Shown here piece after piece: positions 35,991 to 47,860 of a stretch of 64,000 nucleotides of DNA. The stretch comes from Vicugna vicugna. Lineage: Eukaryota. The stretch is taken from the NCBI GenBank assembly GCA_013265495.1, contig MU058384.1:2481690-2545689 (forward strand), written 5' to 3'. The notes below the pieces were generated by a model. The model did no database searches. It worked only from the letters and a program-made list of their open reading frames with translations, and was not told where the DNA came from. Position 1 is the first letter of the stretch. Every line of letters begins with the position of its first letter. The translations under genes were made by a program, and so were the position numbers.

Positions 35991-37661
35991 GTAAAGAGAT
36001 GTGGAAGAACGCGGGCTGTACATTGAGGGCGGGAGGTCAGGGGAGCACAGTCCACAGGGAGACAGTTTGGGTCACATTCTGAAGGCATGTGTACATGGTG
36101 AACAGTTCGAATGTCACTCTGAAGCAAGGGGGAACAAACAGATTTGTAAATGGAGTAGCAGGTTGAAGGGGGTGGGGGGTTTGTGCTATTCTTGTAGGAA
36201 AGATCAGGGGTTCCAGAGTGGAGGGCGGGGTAGAGGGGGAGACCAGTGGGCAGAGAGAACAGCTGGGAGGCTCTTGAAGCGGAACCGTCAAGATCTGATA
36301 TCGATAAACGTCGGAGCATCTAGTGAGTGTCGGGCACTGTGCCCAGCACCGGGCTAGCAAAGATGACAGGTGCGGCCTCTTCAGGTGAGGGTAACAGTGG
36401 GGATGAAGGGAACAGAATCACCATCGTTTCTGAGGGGAATGGGTGGGACCCAGGGACTGGCTGTCAGGAAAGGGTGTGTTTGATGTTGCTGACCGCGAAG
36501 GTCCTTGCTGGGCAGGCTGTCAGGTTGATGAGGCCCTTTACCGAGACAGGCTCTGTAAGACCAGAGAAAGTCTGGGAACTGGGGGAAGGCTCATTTTGAG
36601 AGCTGTGGAGTTTTATCTGCTGTCCCCGCCCCCATCCCCAACAAGCAGGGAAATCAGGGTTGGAGACAAAATTTGAGAGTCACTGGCCACAGATAGTTGC
36701 AGCGCTGTGAACAGATCGCCCAGAGCAGGTCTGCTATGACGCGAGGGTGAGTCAGTGCGGGCATCAACCGCTATTCCCCGGGGTGTGGAGTCGATGAGGC
36801 GCCGCTGAAGGGAGAGCAGCGGGAGGAGGGGCCTGACGGGAGAGTGACATGCTGAGAGTCAGAGGATGAACAAGGCTCAAGGGAGCAGACTGGGCAGCAC
36901 TCGAACGCTGCGGGGGTCCATGGGAAAGCACTGCCCTACAGTGACAAGGGCAAGGGCCCCGCGGAGGGAGACAGCGCAGGCGCGGGGCTGCGGTCCCAAG
37001 CTGCGGGGGTTGGGCGAGTAGTGAGAGTTGAGGCGGTAGAGAGTCTTTTAACAGGTTGGTGGTGAAGAGAGGGTGAGAAAGAGAGGACTAAGGGGCTCTA
37101 ATGTGAGAGACTATTATCATGTACTGTGCGAATTTTTTTTAATACCAACAGAGAGAATTTAATATAAGGAATGAGTTGAACAAGTATTGGAGATCTGAAA
37201 AACTAAAAAGGAACCAGTAAACCAACAGAGGCAATCACTGCAGGAAGCTGCCACCACCCTGTGGGCTGGCAGAGCAAAGGGAAAAGTGAGGGGTTAGCAG
37301 AACCTAGAAGTTGGGAGGAGGGTACTATTCACAATTTTACGGTATTTTTTCTCCAGATTTAACTAGATAACAGGTAGGGGGAGTCTCATGCTTTTTAGGG
37401 GGTAGAGTAGGGTATAATTTTATGTTTCATCTTATTTGTGGCAGGCATGCAGAAACTTCTCATTGAATGAATTAGTTATTCCTTGAAACAGACACTTAGT
37501 AACAAGTAAAACTAAGCTACTAGGAAAACACCAGAAAATGCATTAGCTCTGTTTTTATGGAAGAGTGAAAAGCATGGGAGCTAAATTGCATAGAAGCTAA
37601 ACTATGAGGGCCGGCAAGTAAAACCAGCAGTCAGCAGGGCTATAAATTATCTACCACTTAC

Positions 37662-37842
37662 CGTACAAACACCGTCATTTCGGCTCTGTCTTCAATGAAG
37701 ACATCTGACTCTGAAGGCCTGGGCGGATCAGATTGCTGTTCAGAGGGGATATACAGGGAAATGGTAATGGTAGACTCACTAAAAGGACCTGAACCGGGCT
37801 CCACGTAGCTTGTCACTGGAGCTGTCATCTTTATTTTCATCT
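37662..37842 (-). CDS. HEBP2: Heme-binding protein 2 (SOUL), exon 3
   Basis: Acceptor ggcacag|AG and donor GTACG|gtaagt. 181 bp. Encodes EMKIKMTAPVTSYVEPGSGPFSESTITISLYIPSEQQSDPPRPSESDVFIEDRAEMTVFVR, including the SOUL-family MTAPV motif. Confidence 0.97.
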
Positions 37843-38580
37843 CTGTGCCGTAAAAATATATATTTAAATGCAAAGGAGATCATGGAAGCAGATTTAATGT
37901 GTTTATGACTACATTTAAAAACTTAATCTATTATTTTTTTGATTTGAGTTTCCTGATTTACTCAACATAAATATGTACCTTTAAGATAATTTTCATCTTA
38001 AAAAAATTAAGGGCAAAATGGCAATTCTCCACTGCCCACATTAAACACTTTCTGTACTATTCATAAGTCTCATTAATAAATTCCATAGTTTTAGGGATAG
38101 AAGGGAAAATCAGAGATCACATAGTCCAGTTCATTATTTTTACAATTCAGAAACTGATATCCGATTGGCCAGGTGACCTGTTAAAATATAAGCAGCATCA
38201 GAGCCAGACCAGAAGACAGATCTTGAGACTGGATCTTGTGTTCTTTGGCCCTTCCTGCCTCCTGATGTCTCTTACCTTACTAGTCAGCAAATTAGCTCAA
38301 AGCCTTAGCCATGAAAAGGCCTTAATGCTGGTTACACAGAGGCCCACTTCATCCAGCAGAATCACAGAGACGAGAGGCTGAAAAGCGCTACCCAGGACTT
38401 AATCCTCATCTAGACGCTGCTAAGGGCCTTGAGCTGTGTCCTCGTCTTCAAACAGTAAGTCTTTGACAATCTGGTTATTTTTCTATTCTAAAATGTATTT
38501 CTTCAATAAGCGAAAACTCAGTAAGCCAGAGGATTCAAGCACAACACAGTATATATAATTACAAGGTAAATTGCCTTCAC

Positions 38581-38716
38581 CTTTCTCGTTTTTGCCTTCA
38601 ATGTAGCTGTTCAGCCTTGTAAAGCCAGTCTGGATGGCTGAATCCCAGTCCATAGACTCAATCGAAGTGCTGACCCACTTGGCCGGTCCATAATGTCGGA
38701 TCTCGTAACTTCCGGG
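38581..38716 (-). CDS. HEBP2: Heme-binding protein 2 (SOUL), exon 2
   Basis: Acceptor ccatcctag|CCC and donor AAAG|gtgaag. 136 bp. Encodes PGSYEIRHYGPAKWVSTSIESMDWDSAIQTGFTRLNSYIEGKNEK; His42 is retained. Confidence 0.96.
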
Positions 38717-38799
38717 CTAGGATGGAACAGGGAAAACAATTCTAAGGAGGCATAACGTGAGAAGCAACAGGACAGGTGCCTTGTGTCGGGTTCTCCTGG

Positions 38800-40010
38800 G
38801 AAGGCCTGTCCAGGGTTTGCGCCCTCCTGGGGTCGGGCCTGAGGTTCTGGTTTCTTAGCGCTGGGCAGGGCCCTTCCCGTGCCGCTCTGGGCTTTGGATT
38901 AGAGACGCCGGCGGCCTCCGTCCCACATTCAGGGATGGGGGGAGTTGGTTCAGTTCGGGCTAAAAGCAAGCAGCTGTTCAGCCTCCTCTGCCGGGAGGGT
39001 TTTGGGACGTGATCGATCCCCCCTTACCCCCGAAAAGAAACTGAGATGTGGCCAAGACCTGGGGTTATAGCTCACCGGTCGAACTGTCCCGTTTGTGCAG
39101 TAATGCGGCCAGGGACTCGGAGCATTGTTAAAAATTGTACTTTTTACCTAGACCTATGGGACTCTTCGGCCTCATTGCAAATCAGCCCGAAGACAGCTCC
39201 GCGCTCCCCACCCCCTCAGCCCGCAGCCTCCGCGCCCCGGTGCGGCGCCTACCTGGGGGCCCGCGTCCTCCGGGACCTCCCAGCCCGGCGTCTCCACGGC
39301 AGGGGCCTCCGAGGCCTCGGCTGCCCCGGAGTCCGGCTCCAGCACGTCGGCCATGGGCGGCACCGACGCTCCGGGGAAAGAGCCTGGCGAGCTGCGCCGG
39401 GAAGGGGCCGCCCCGCCTGCGTGTCCCCGAGTCCCCGCCCCGCGGACGCGCGGCCCCGCTCCCCGCAGTGCTGGAGCCCCAAGTTCGCGGGACACCGCCC
39501 GGCCCGGGCCGGAGGGGGCGCTGCGACTGCGATCCCGACCCGGGCAGCTCCGGCCGCCAGCTCCCCTGCGGGTGTCCCCTGGAGACAGGTCGGCAGGGCC
39601 CGTTCGAGCCGGCTTTCTTTGGGGGTCCCTGATTAACAGGCACACAGAGACGTCTACCGTAGGAGCCAGGGGCGGAGGGGGCCGAACAACTGGCTGCTGG
39701 GGTTTCTGGTGTAACCGGTCCGGGAACCTCTCCCGGGGCGCCACCCGTGCGGGGAGCCGGTTCTGCTGACCGGTCTACTCCGGGGGAGGGACGTGACCGC
39801 GGCCCGCCCTCGTGGGTGCCTTCAGTGAAAGGCAGGAGGTCGGGGCGGGGCCGGGGTGGCGTGCACTGTCCTGCCGAATCTGACCCTGTCCACAGCCCTG
39901 TGGGCCGAGTGCTCCACGCAGGGGCTGGTCCCGGGACCCAGCCAGGGGCGAGGGGCTGCATTCATGCCTAGAGGGCGGCTTCAATCCCAAACTGCGGTCA
40001 GGGACCCTAG
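38800..40010. promoter_or_regulatory. CpG island and promoter of HEBP2
   Basis: Very GC- and CpG-dense stretch covering exon 1 and upstream DNA, with several GC boxes (e.g. ggggcgggg at 39842). Confidence 0.9.
39253..39354 (-). CDS. HEBP2: Heme-binding protein 2 (SOUL), exon 1
   Basis: ATG in ccgcccATGG within the CpG island. Encodes MADVLEPDSGAAEASEAPAVETPGWEVPEDAGPQ. Donor CAG|gtaggc. 102 bp. Confidence 0.95.
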
Positions 40011-40224
40011 GGGGAGGAAGTTGGTGGGGTACAGTCATCACTGGAGAAAATCGTGAACTATCCTGATTTCTCGACAGTTCAGGGAACCGAAATAAGCCCC
40101 AAACCTCTGAGTCATCGCACCAGCCCTTACTGGCTGGGAAGGTGCAGTGGGAGAGAGTGGTGAAGTGAGTGGCCAGACCTAGTGATTTTAAATGTTTTCA
40201 GTTAGATTTATTCTTCATTTTTTA

Positions 40225-41310
40225 AAGAGATTTATCGAAATATAATTCATATATCATACAATTCACCCATTTAAAGCATACCATGCGACAGTTTTTAACA
40301 TATATTCACAGCTGTGCAACCATCACACGATGAAGTTTAGAACATTGTCATCATCCCCCCTCTGCCACCAAAAAAGAAACCGCACTGAAACCTCCTGGCC
40401 ATCACTCTCCAATTCCCCATCCCCCAGTCCTAGGCAACTACTAATCTGCTCTTTGTCTCTACAGGTTTGCCTATTCTGGACATTTGCTATAAATGGGATC
40501 ATACAGTGTCTTAGTACACTGGGGCTGCTGTAACAATATTCCGCAGACTGGGCAGCTTGTAAACAACGGAAATTTATTTCTCACAGTTTTGGAGGCTGGA
40601 AGTCTGAGATCAGGGTGCCAGCCAGCAAGGTCAGAGGAGGGCTTCCGCCTGGTGGCAGACTGCTTATGGTACCCTCACTTGGTGGAAGGGGCAAGGGAGC
40701 TTTCCCTTGTCTCTTTTATAAGGGCACTAATCCCATTCATGTGGGGTCTGCCCTCATGACCTAATTGCCTCCCAAAGGCCCCACCTCTTTAATGCCATCA
40801 CATCAGGGTTTCAACATATGAATTTGGGGGGGGTACAAATATGTAGGCCTTAGTGTATAAAATATGGTCCTTTATGACTAGCTACTTTCATTTAGCAGAT
40901 GTTTTCAAGGTTCATCCACACTGTGGCCTGTATCAGTACTTCATGTCTTTTAATGACTGAAAAATATTCAGTTGAGTAAATACTTTGTTGATTAATTCAT
41001 AGTCAATGGACATTTGAGTTGTTTCAAACTTTTGGCTATCATAAACAGTAATGCTGCTATAAACATTTGTGTATAGGCTTCTGTATGGATGTATGTTTTT
41101 ATTTCTCTTGGGTAAATACACAGGAATGGAATTGCTGGGTCAAATGGTAACTCTATATTTATCTTTTTGAGGAACTGCCAGACTTTTTTTCAAGTGGTTG
41201 CACTATTTTAGATTTTCACCAGTGGGGTCTCAGCATTCTGTTCCTCCACATCCTCACCAGCACTTGTTATCATGTGACCTTTTTACTGTAGCCATCCTAG
41301 TGGGTGTGCC
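40225..41310 (-). mobile_element. L1MB-like 3' fragment interrupted by an MLT1A LTR
   Basis: tataattcatatatcatacaattcacccatttaaag...ggcaactactaatctgctctttgtctct...ataaatgggatcatac, then the LTR, then tatggtcctttatgactagctactttcatttagc...aggaatggaattgctgggtca. Confidence 0.8.
40507..40855 (-). mobile_element. MLT1A-like MaLR solo LTR nested in L1MB
   Basis: tgtcttagtacactggggctgctgtaacaa...aaatttatttctcacagttttggaggctggaagtctgagatcagggtgccagc...cccaaaggccccacctc...ttcaacatatgaatttgggggg. Confidence 0.85.
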
Positions 41311-41317
41311 TATTGCT

Positions 41318-41685
41318 TTAACAATTTTTATTTTGATATATCATTCACATAAAAGTCACTGTTTTAAAGTGTACAATTCAGTATTTTTTTATATGTTCCC
41401 TGTTATACAACGATCATCAGCATCTAAGGACATTCCATCACTCCAGAAGCCCTGCACAATTTAGCAGTCACTCTCAACCTCCCAGCCCCTCGTGACCACT
41501 AATCTGCCTTCTGTCTCTATTCGTTTGCCAGTTCTGGACATTTCGTATAAATGGAGCTATGTAATACGTGACCTTTGGTAACTGGATTCTTTCGCTCAGT
41601 GCAATGTTTTCAGGATTCATCCATGTTGTAGCACATATCAGTACTTCATTCCTTTTTATTGCGAATGATACCCTGTTGTATGGGC
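41318..41685 (-). mobile_element. Second L1MB-like 3' end fragment
   Basis: tttaaagtgtacaattcagt...ccactaatctgccttctgtctctat...ttctggacatttcgtataaatgga...ttcatccatgttgtagcacatatcagtacttcattcctttttattg. Confidence 0.8.
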
Positions 41686-42071
41686 CTAGTGCTTTTAAAG
41701 CAATTGATGCCTTCTCTTGTCCTTCCCCTTCCCAGCCCAGACAGGTGTGCAGTGGCCTGCGGATACATGGCACTTTCTAGTGTTTATAGAAAATCTATTA
41801 TTATGCTAAATTAAGTTTGAATTATTTAGAGAAAGCTAAATAATGAATTTTGACTTATTTTTTAAAATAGCCTGTTTATTTTAACTTATGTAATAGATGT
41901 GATCTGTTGCTTAGGTAATTTTGCAAAGTTGAGAATAAAATTTTACCTTACAGAAAGGTTTGTTTCTAAAAGAGGAAAAGGAAATAATTTACACTGTTGT
42001 TTAAGAAATCAGTTGTTCTTTTCATCTGTAGCGTGCCTTTTACAGTATCAATGCTTTCTGAGGGGAAGAGC

Positions 42072-42415
42072 TTTCTTTTTCTTTTTTACAAATGAGATAT
42101 AAATCTTTATTTCACAAAAAATTAACTTTCTAACGAGACATGTACTGGGGATGTAGCTTAAAATACTGGGAAAGCTAGATGCTGGGTGTCACCCAGGCAG
42201 GAGCAAAGATGTGGTTACTCCAAGGCCAGTTTGTTCCTGGGGCTTTAGGCAGCAGGGACCAGACGCACCAGTATTGTCCAACCCGTTTTACTTAGTGCCA
42301 CCTCCTTTTTTGGGGGCCATTAGTCCTCATTTCATGCCAGATTTTCACTAGATACCCCCTTTTCTTCCAAATGAGTTCATGACCGTAAGTAATATACCAT
42401 GTTCCAAAGACAGCT
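42072..42415 (-). pseudogene. PARL: 5'-truncated processed pseudogene of the mitochondrial rhomboid protease PARL
   Basis: The minus strand reads AVFGTWYITYGHELIWKKRGYLVKIWHEMRTNGP, then a +1 frameshift, then KKGGGTK*, matching the PARL C-terminus as I recall it (ALFGIWYVTYGHELIWKNREPLVKIWHEIRTNGPKKGGGSK). It is followed by about 200 nt of UTR, AATAAA at 42106-42111 and an A-rich tail at 42072-42087. Confidence 0.85.
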
Positions 42416-42419
42416 TGGC

Positions 42420-42590
42420 ATGAACCACCACGCATGTGAGTGACCAGGGGCTCAGACAACTCCAGCCCGCTGCCACTGAGTCACCTCTAGACATCCTCAG
42501 TGCTTCCAAGCTGAGGCCCCAGAGGTCATGGGACAGACATAAGTGGTCTCTTCAGTACCACAGAATCTGTACATGTAATAAAATAGGTTT
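42420..42590. mobile_element. Old MLT1-family LTR fragment
   Basis: gcatgtgagtgac...ctccagcccgc...ccaagctgaggccccagaggtcatgggacagacataag resembles old MLT1 LTRs. Confidence 0.45.
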
Positions 42591-43203
42591 TTTTTTGTGC
42601 CACTCAATTGAGGTGATTTTTTTTTCAGGAATAATAACTGGAAGAGTTATTAATAAATCACCTACGTATAGTGCTGCAGTAGGTGTTGGTGGGCTTCAGT
42701 AATGTATAAAATTTGGTCTCAGTCTTCACATATTTTATAGTCATTTACATACATCGGGTCATTTACTCTGAGGTCACTCTTGTACTCACGATGTAATTAA
42801 ATATTGGTCTTTTTATAGTTACCACTATCTCACATATGATAAGTATAAAATGGGTAGCAACCGGGTTTTCTAACAGAAAATGTAATCTTTTCTTTTGCCT
42901 GGTTTCTCCTTTGGTTTTTGGTGAGAATTTTAATGCTCATCCATTTTTTAGACACAAAACAACCTATGAAGCCCCATTTACACTAAGCACTTTGCTCAGT
43001 GCCTGACATATAATTGCTTGATAAATGTTGAATGAATGCCAGTCAGAATTTGTCAGACACATGGATAGTGATTAAGTGTTTTTAGAAGCACCTGTGACCT
43101 GCCCTTCTCATGGGCCACAGAAAAAGAAGATTCGTTTATTGAATGTGGGGCTGATGATAAGAAAGCTAAAGTCTAAAGCTGGGAATGTTTTTAAAAATTA
43201 AAA

Positions 43204-43531
43204 CATCAGTTCTAATCAATATGAGGCTGATAGAACTTCTGAGACTGTGGTGAATGTTTATAAAAGCAGACAGGGATATCCACACTGATTTTAAAAGGTT
43301 TACGCTTTGAAGTAAAAGTAGATAGCCAAATACAGCACAACTAGGTAGCTCACATTCTCAAAAACCTCATCAGTTCTAATCAATATGAGGCTGATAGAAC
43401 TTCTGAGACTGTGGCGAGTGTTTATAAAAGCAGACAGGGATATCCACACTGATTTTAAAAGGTTTACGCTTTGAAGTAAAAGTAGATAACCAAATACACC
43501 ACAACTAGGTAGCTCATATTCTCAAAAACCT
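43204..43531. repeat. Tandem duplication, 2 x 164 bp
   Basis: catcagttctaatcaatatgagg...ctcaaaaacct at 43204-43367 and again at 43368-43531, with 5 substitutions counted. Confidence 0.95.
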
Positions 43532-44016
43532 CTTAAACTAAATCCTTGATGTGGCTAAGGGGAAATGCTTCTAATAGATCACTTGAAGGACCATTTCCTA
43601 AAAACTTGGGACAGTTAAGATGGTCCCTTTAACTCTTGTGTATGGGACTTTTGCTGTTGTCTTAAATTATTACATTATTTCTTGATTAGGACAGATTAAA
43701 GAATTGGTAGGAATTGGACTCAACACCCTAATGACTTTTTTAGAACAGAGGTGTTAGTGTTTCAATGCTCCCACTTCTGAGAAGAGGAGCCACTTTGCCC
43801 TAGTCGTGAGCATATACCTGCGAACCAGTCAGTTCTCAGCATGTCTGTGGGCCGTGAGTACTGGTCTCCCCAGGCAGTTCTACACCTGAGTTTGTCTGGG
43901 TCTGAATGTTCATGATGAGTTCCAAGCATGGGAGGGCTCAGTGGCAGATTAAGAATTGACTCCAAGATCGAGGAAAAGTTGAACAGTAATGCCTGGGACT
44001 TCTCACCTTCTAGATC

Positions 44017-44347
44017 AGTGCTTCTCAAACTATCTGTGATGGGGGACCCTCTCCCTTAAAAAAAAAATTCTGGTTCATCATAAACCAATATGTGATTCTC
44101 CTGCCCATGACTTGGTTTAGCTCACTATATGCTTCTTAACCCACAAGTTCAACAATAATTTAACTGGCCTATACTATGCTCAGTGAGATGAGTCCACTGA
44201 TCATGTGCATGGACTTTGTAAAAATGTTAGACTCCTATGATATTTCTAAACATTTTCTGTCAATTTCTTTAATTATCTTAACTTAGACTGGCAGCAAATA
44301 GTTTGTAAGCCAGGACTACTGCATAGATCATGCTTTGAAGAACATTT
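44017..44347. mobile_element. hAT-Charlie-type non-autonomous DNA element
   Basis: Begins cagtgcttctcaaac and ends gctttgaagaacatt, a degenerate terminal inverted repeat. Confidence 0.45.
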
Positions 44348-44459
44348 ATTTAGATGGACTCCCCAGTCCCTTAACCTGTTTTAGGGTCTCACACCCATTC
44401 TTCCTTACTTACCCCTGGGGTTGACTTTGTGGATCACTGGCTTATATTTACACTTAAGA

Positions 44460-44620
44460 AAGATTATTTGCATATTATATTATTTATATATATATTTATT
44501 CTATATTTTTATATTTATATTTATATAAATATAGGTTTTATAGTAATATAAATTCATATTTAAATATATTCTATAAATTTTTGCTTTAGATTGTTTTTTA
44601 TTTATTTGTTTATTTAATGT
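44460..44620. repeat. AT-rich low-complexity tract
   Basis: attatattatttatatatatatttattctatatttttatatttatatttatataaatat... Confidence 0.8.
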
Positions 44621-45394
44621 TTCAGGAATACGGGGGATTTTTTTTCCAGATTCATATTTATTGTACAAATTGAATATTTTTTGATGAGTTGACATTAGCT
44701 TCTCCAGGCATGAGAACTTAACGGATGAGGTAGAAACAGGTTGGAATCCATTAATGTTGCTTTTATAGCTGGAATTCTTTTGGACTTGTACTTGAAGTAC
44801 AGGACAATCATAGCAACGCCTCTGTATGTGGCCAGTACATGGTTCATTTTACTTGTGAGAGTATAAAAGGTGAAATTTTTTTAATACCAGTGAACTGGAA
44901 TTGGGCATTAGTTTCTGGACCTACCATGGCTTTAATCCTGCCGTAGTCACAAATTCTGTAGTCTATGTTCTTCCACATACAAAGCCACCCCTCTGCCAGG
45001 TCAGAAGAAGGTACCCCCTTCAAAGCTTAAACCCAAATTTAGGAGTCTGGCTTTCCATCCCAACTCTCCTACTTTCTGGTTATGTGACCTTGGACACGGG
45101 ATTCAGCCTTACTGAATCTGTTTCTCTGTTTTTACAAACGTATGGTATTTACTTGATACGATTTTAAGGATTCCAAGAGGTAATGCCTGGTTGTTTCTTT
45201 ACCCAGTGCTTTTCATGTTGTATGCTGATAAATGATAGCTTTTAGAGCAGTCTTTAATGAATAAAAACTCCGGATCATTTCATTAGGAACTGATACTGGT
45301 TCCTTGAATTCACCCAGTCCCCTGCTCATTGAACACACATCCTACTTCCCCCTCTCCCCATCTTTATGTATGATAAGTTTTTCTTGCTCAGACG

Positions 45395-47860
45395 TCTACT
45401 CTGTCTAAAACTGATAGAGCTAGTCCTGCTTTCTTTCAATTAGTGTTAGCACGACATATTTTTCCCCATGCGTTTATTTTTAATTTATGTGTGTCTTCAT
45501 ATTTTTAATGGGTTTCTTGTAGATAAAATGTAGTTGGGTCTTGTTTTTTTAATACACTCTGACAAAGTCTTTTAATTGGTGTATTTAGACAACTGAAGTT
45601 CAAAATGATTATTAATACCTATTGTGTTTCGGTTTTTTTTTTTTTTTTTTTACTGTTTTCTAGTCATTGTCCTTGTTCTTTGTCCCTATTTTTGTCTTCC
45701 ACTCTTTTCCTGCTTCTGTGGTTTTGAGCATTTTATGGGAGTCCATTTTCTCCCATTTCTTAGCACATCAATTACACTTTTTAAAAACCCTTTTAAGATA
45801 GTTGCCCTAGAGTTTGCAATATACATTTACAACTAATCTAAGTCCACTTTCCAATAACCCTGTGCTGCTTCATGGATAGTGCAGGTACGTTATAATAACA
45901 AAATATTCTTAATTTCTCCCTCCTGCTCCTTGTGTCATTGCCGTCATTCATTTCACTTAAACATAAACTATAATCAAAGATATTTTTGCTATTATTATTT
46001 TGAACAAATTGTTATCTGCTAGATTAATTAAGAATAATAAAAAAGATGATTCTTTTACCTCCACTTATTCCTTTTCTAATCCTCTTCCTTTCTTATTCAA
46101 GTTTCTGACCCATATCATTTTCCTTCTCTCTTGAAAAACTTCTTTTAACATGTCTTACAAGGCAGGTCTTTTGGCAGCAAATCCCCTCTGTTTTTGTTTG
46201 TCTAAGAAAGCCTATATTTATCCTTCACTTCTGAAGAATAATTTTGCAGGGTACAGAATTCAGGTTGGTGTTGTTAGCTCTGAACGTTTAAATTTCACTC
46301 TGCTCCACTTGCTTATGTGGTTTCTGAGAAGTTGTGCGTAATTCTCATCTTTCTCTTCAATAGGTCAGGCTTTTCTTCCCCTCCTGTGACTTCTTTCAAG
46401 ATTTCTTCTTTATTTTTGATTTTCTGCAGTTTGAATATGATGTGCCTGGGGGTAGTGTTTTTTGGCATTATTCTTTCTTGATGTTCTCTGAGTTTCCTGG
46501 ATCTGTGGTTTGACATTAATTTAGGGAGAATTTGCTGTCATTGTTGCTTCAAATATTTCTTCTGTTCCTTCCTCTTCCTCTTCTTTTTCTGGTATTTGCA
46601 TTATACGTATGTAACACCATTTATAGTCGTCTCATTTCTTGGATAGTCTTCCCCCCCTCCCCAGTTTTTTCCTCTGTACTTTTCCGTTTTGAAGTTTTAT
46701 TAATATTTCCTTAAGCTCAGAGATTCTCTCCTCAGCTGTGTCCAGTCTACTGGTAAGCCCATCAAAGCATTCTTCATTTCTGTTACAATGTTTTGGGTCT
46801 CTAGCATTTGTAGGTTTTTTGTTTTTTGTTTTTTTGGTGTTTTCCTAGAATTTCCATTTCTCTGCAGGCCTTGCCTGCCTGTGCTTGCATGTGGTCGGTT
46901 TTTTTGTTTTTTTGTTTTTTCCGTTACAGCCCTTTGCCTATTAACCATACTTATTTTACATTCCTGGTCAGGTAATTCCCAAAACATTCCTGCCAAATGT
47001 GAATCTGTTTCTAATGCTTGCTCTGTCTCTTCAAACTGTAGTTTTTGCCTTTTCGTACGCTTTACAATTTTTTCTTGAAAAGTGAACTTGATGTAGAGGC
47101 AGTAAATAGGCCTTTAATGATGTGATGGTTAGGTGTGGGGGAAGGGAAAATGCTTCGCTGTTTCATGATTGGGTCTCAGTCTTGAGTGAGCCTGTGCTCC
47201 TGGGCTGTGAACTTCACGAGCGCTTCTCTGCCTTTTTTTTTTTCTCCCCCCACCCCCTTAATTGGAAGGAGATGGCTCAAGGGGCTGGAGGTGGGTATTT
47301 CCCTCCCCCAGTATAAGACCAGACGCAGCTGGAGCTGAGAATTTCCTTTCCCCAGGTCAGGCTCTGATGAAACCCCAGCAGGCAGGGCCCTGGTAAAACA
47401 GCTTCACCTGTGGGCAGACCTTGTTAAGAACAGAAAGCTCTGGCACATTTCAAAATGGCTCCTCTTCCCCTCCCGCTGGAAGCGTGAGAAGATTTTCTCC
47501 CAGATCTGCGCGGTCAGCATCTGGTAGGGATCCTAGAGGCAAAACTCACAAAATGTGGGGTCTCTTTGGAGTTTTTAGGCCTCAGAAGTGTCTACTCTGA
47601 GCTCCAGCAACCCTCTCACAGGTCGGCTTTCCCCACCCGCCGCTGGGCCCTGAGGAGGTTCCTGCTCGTGAGTTTCTGCTCCAGTAAGTCGTGACTCTCC
47701 GTACCTGCCCGTCTCTCTAATCTGGGGGCCAGTGGTTTGCCCTGTGACCTCAGTTCTCTGATGAATTTAAAAAGAGTTGGCTTTTCAATTTGTTTGGATT
47801 TTTCTTGTTGTTAAGATGGAGGAATGACTTTCACGCTCCTTACATGCCAGACTGCAAACT
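45395..47860 (-). mobile_element. Old L1M 5' region with ORF1 remnants
   Basis: Minus-strand ORF fragments TPRHIIFKLQKIKNKEEILKE...MRITHNFSET (46313-46516) and MLETQNIVTEMKNALMGL (within 46700-46996) are typical of L1 ORF1p, broken by stops and frameshifts. Confidence 0.85.

Noticed and set aside
39046..40056. Many overlapping 60-260 aa ORFs on both strands, including a 130-codon open frame upstream of the HEBP2 ATG
   Set aside because: Expected in a CpG island, where stop codons are rare. Only 39253-39354 matches HEBP2, and there is no upstream in-frame ATG.
43204..43531. Direct repeat considered as a CRISPR-like array or LTR pair
   Set aside because: There are only two abutting copies, with no spacers, no TG...CA ends and no internal region. 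It is a simple tandem duplication in a mammalian genome.
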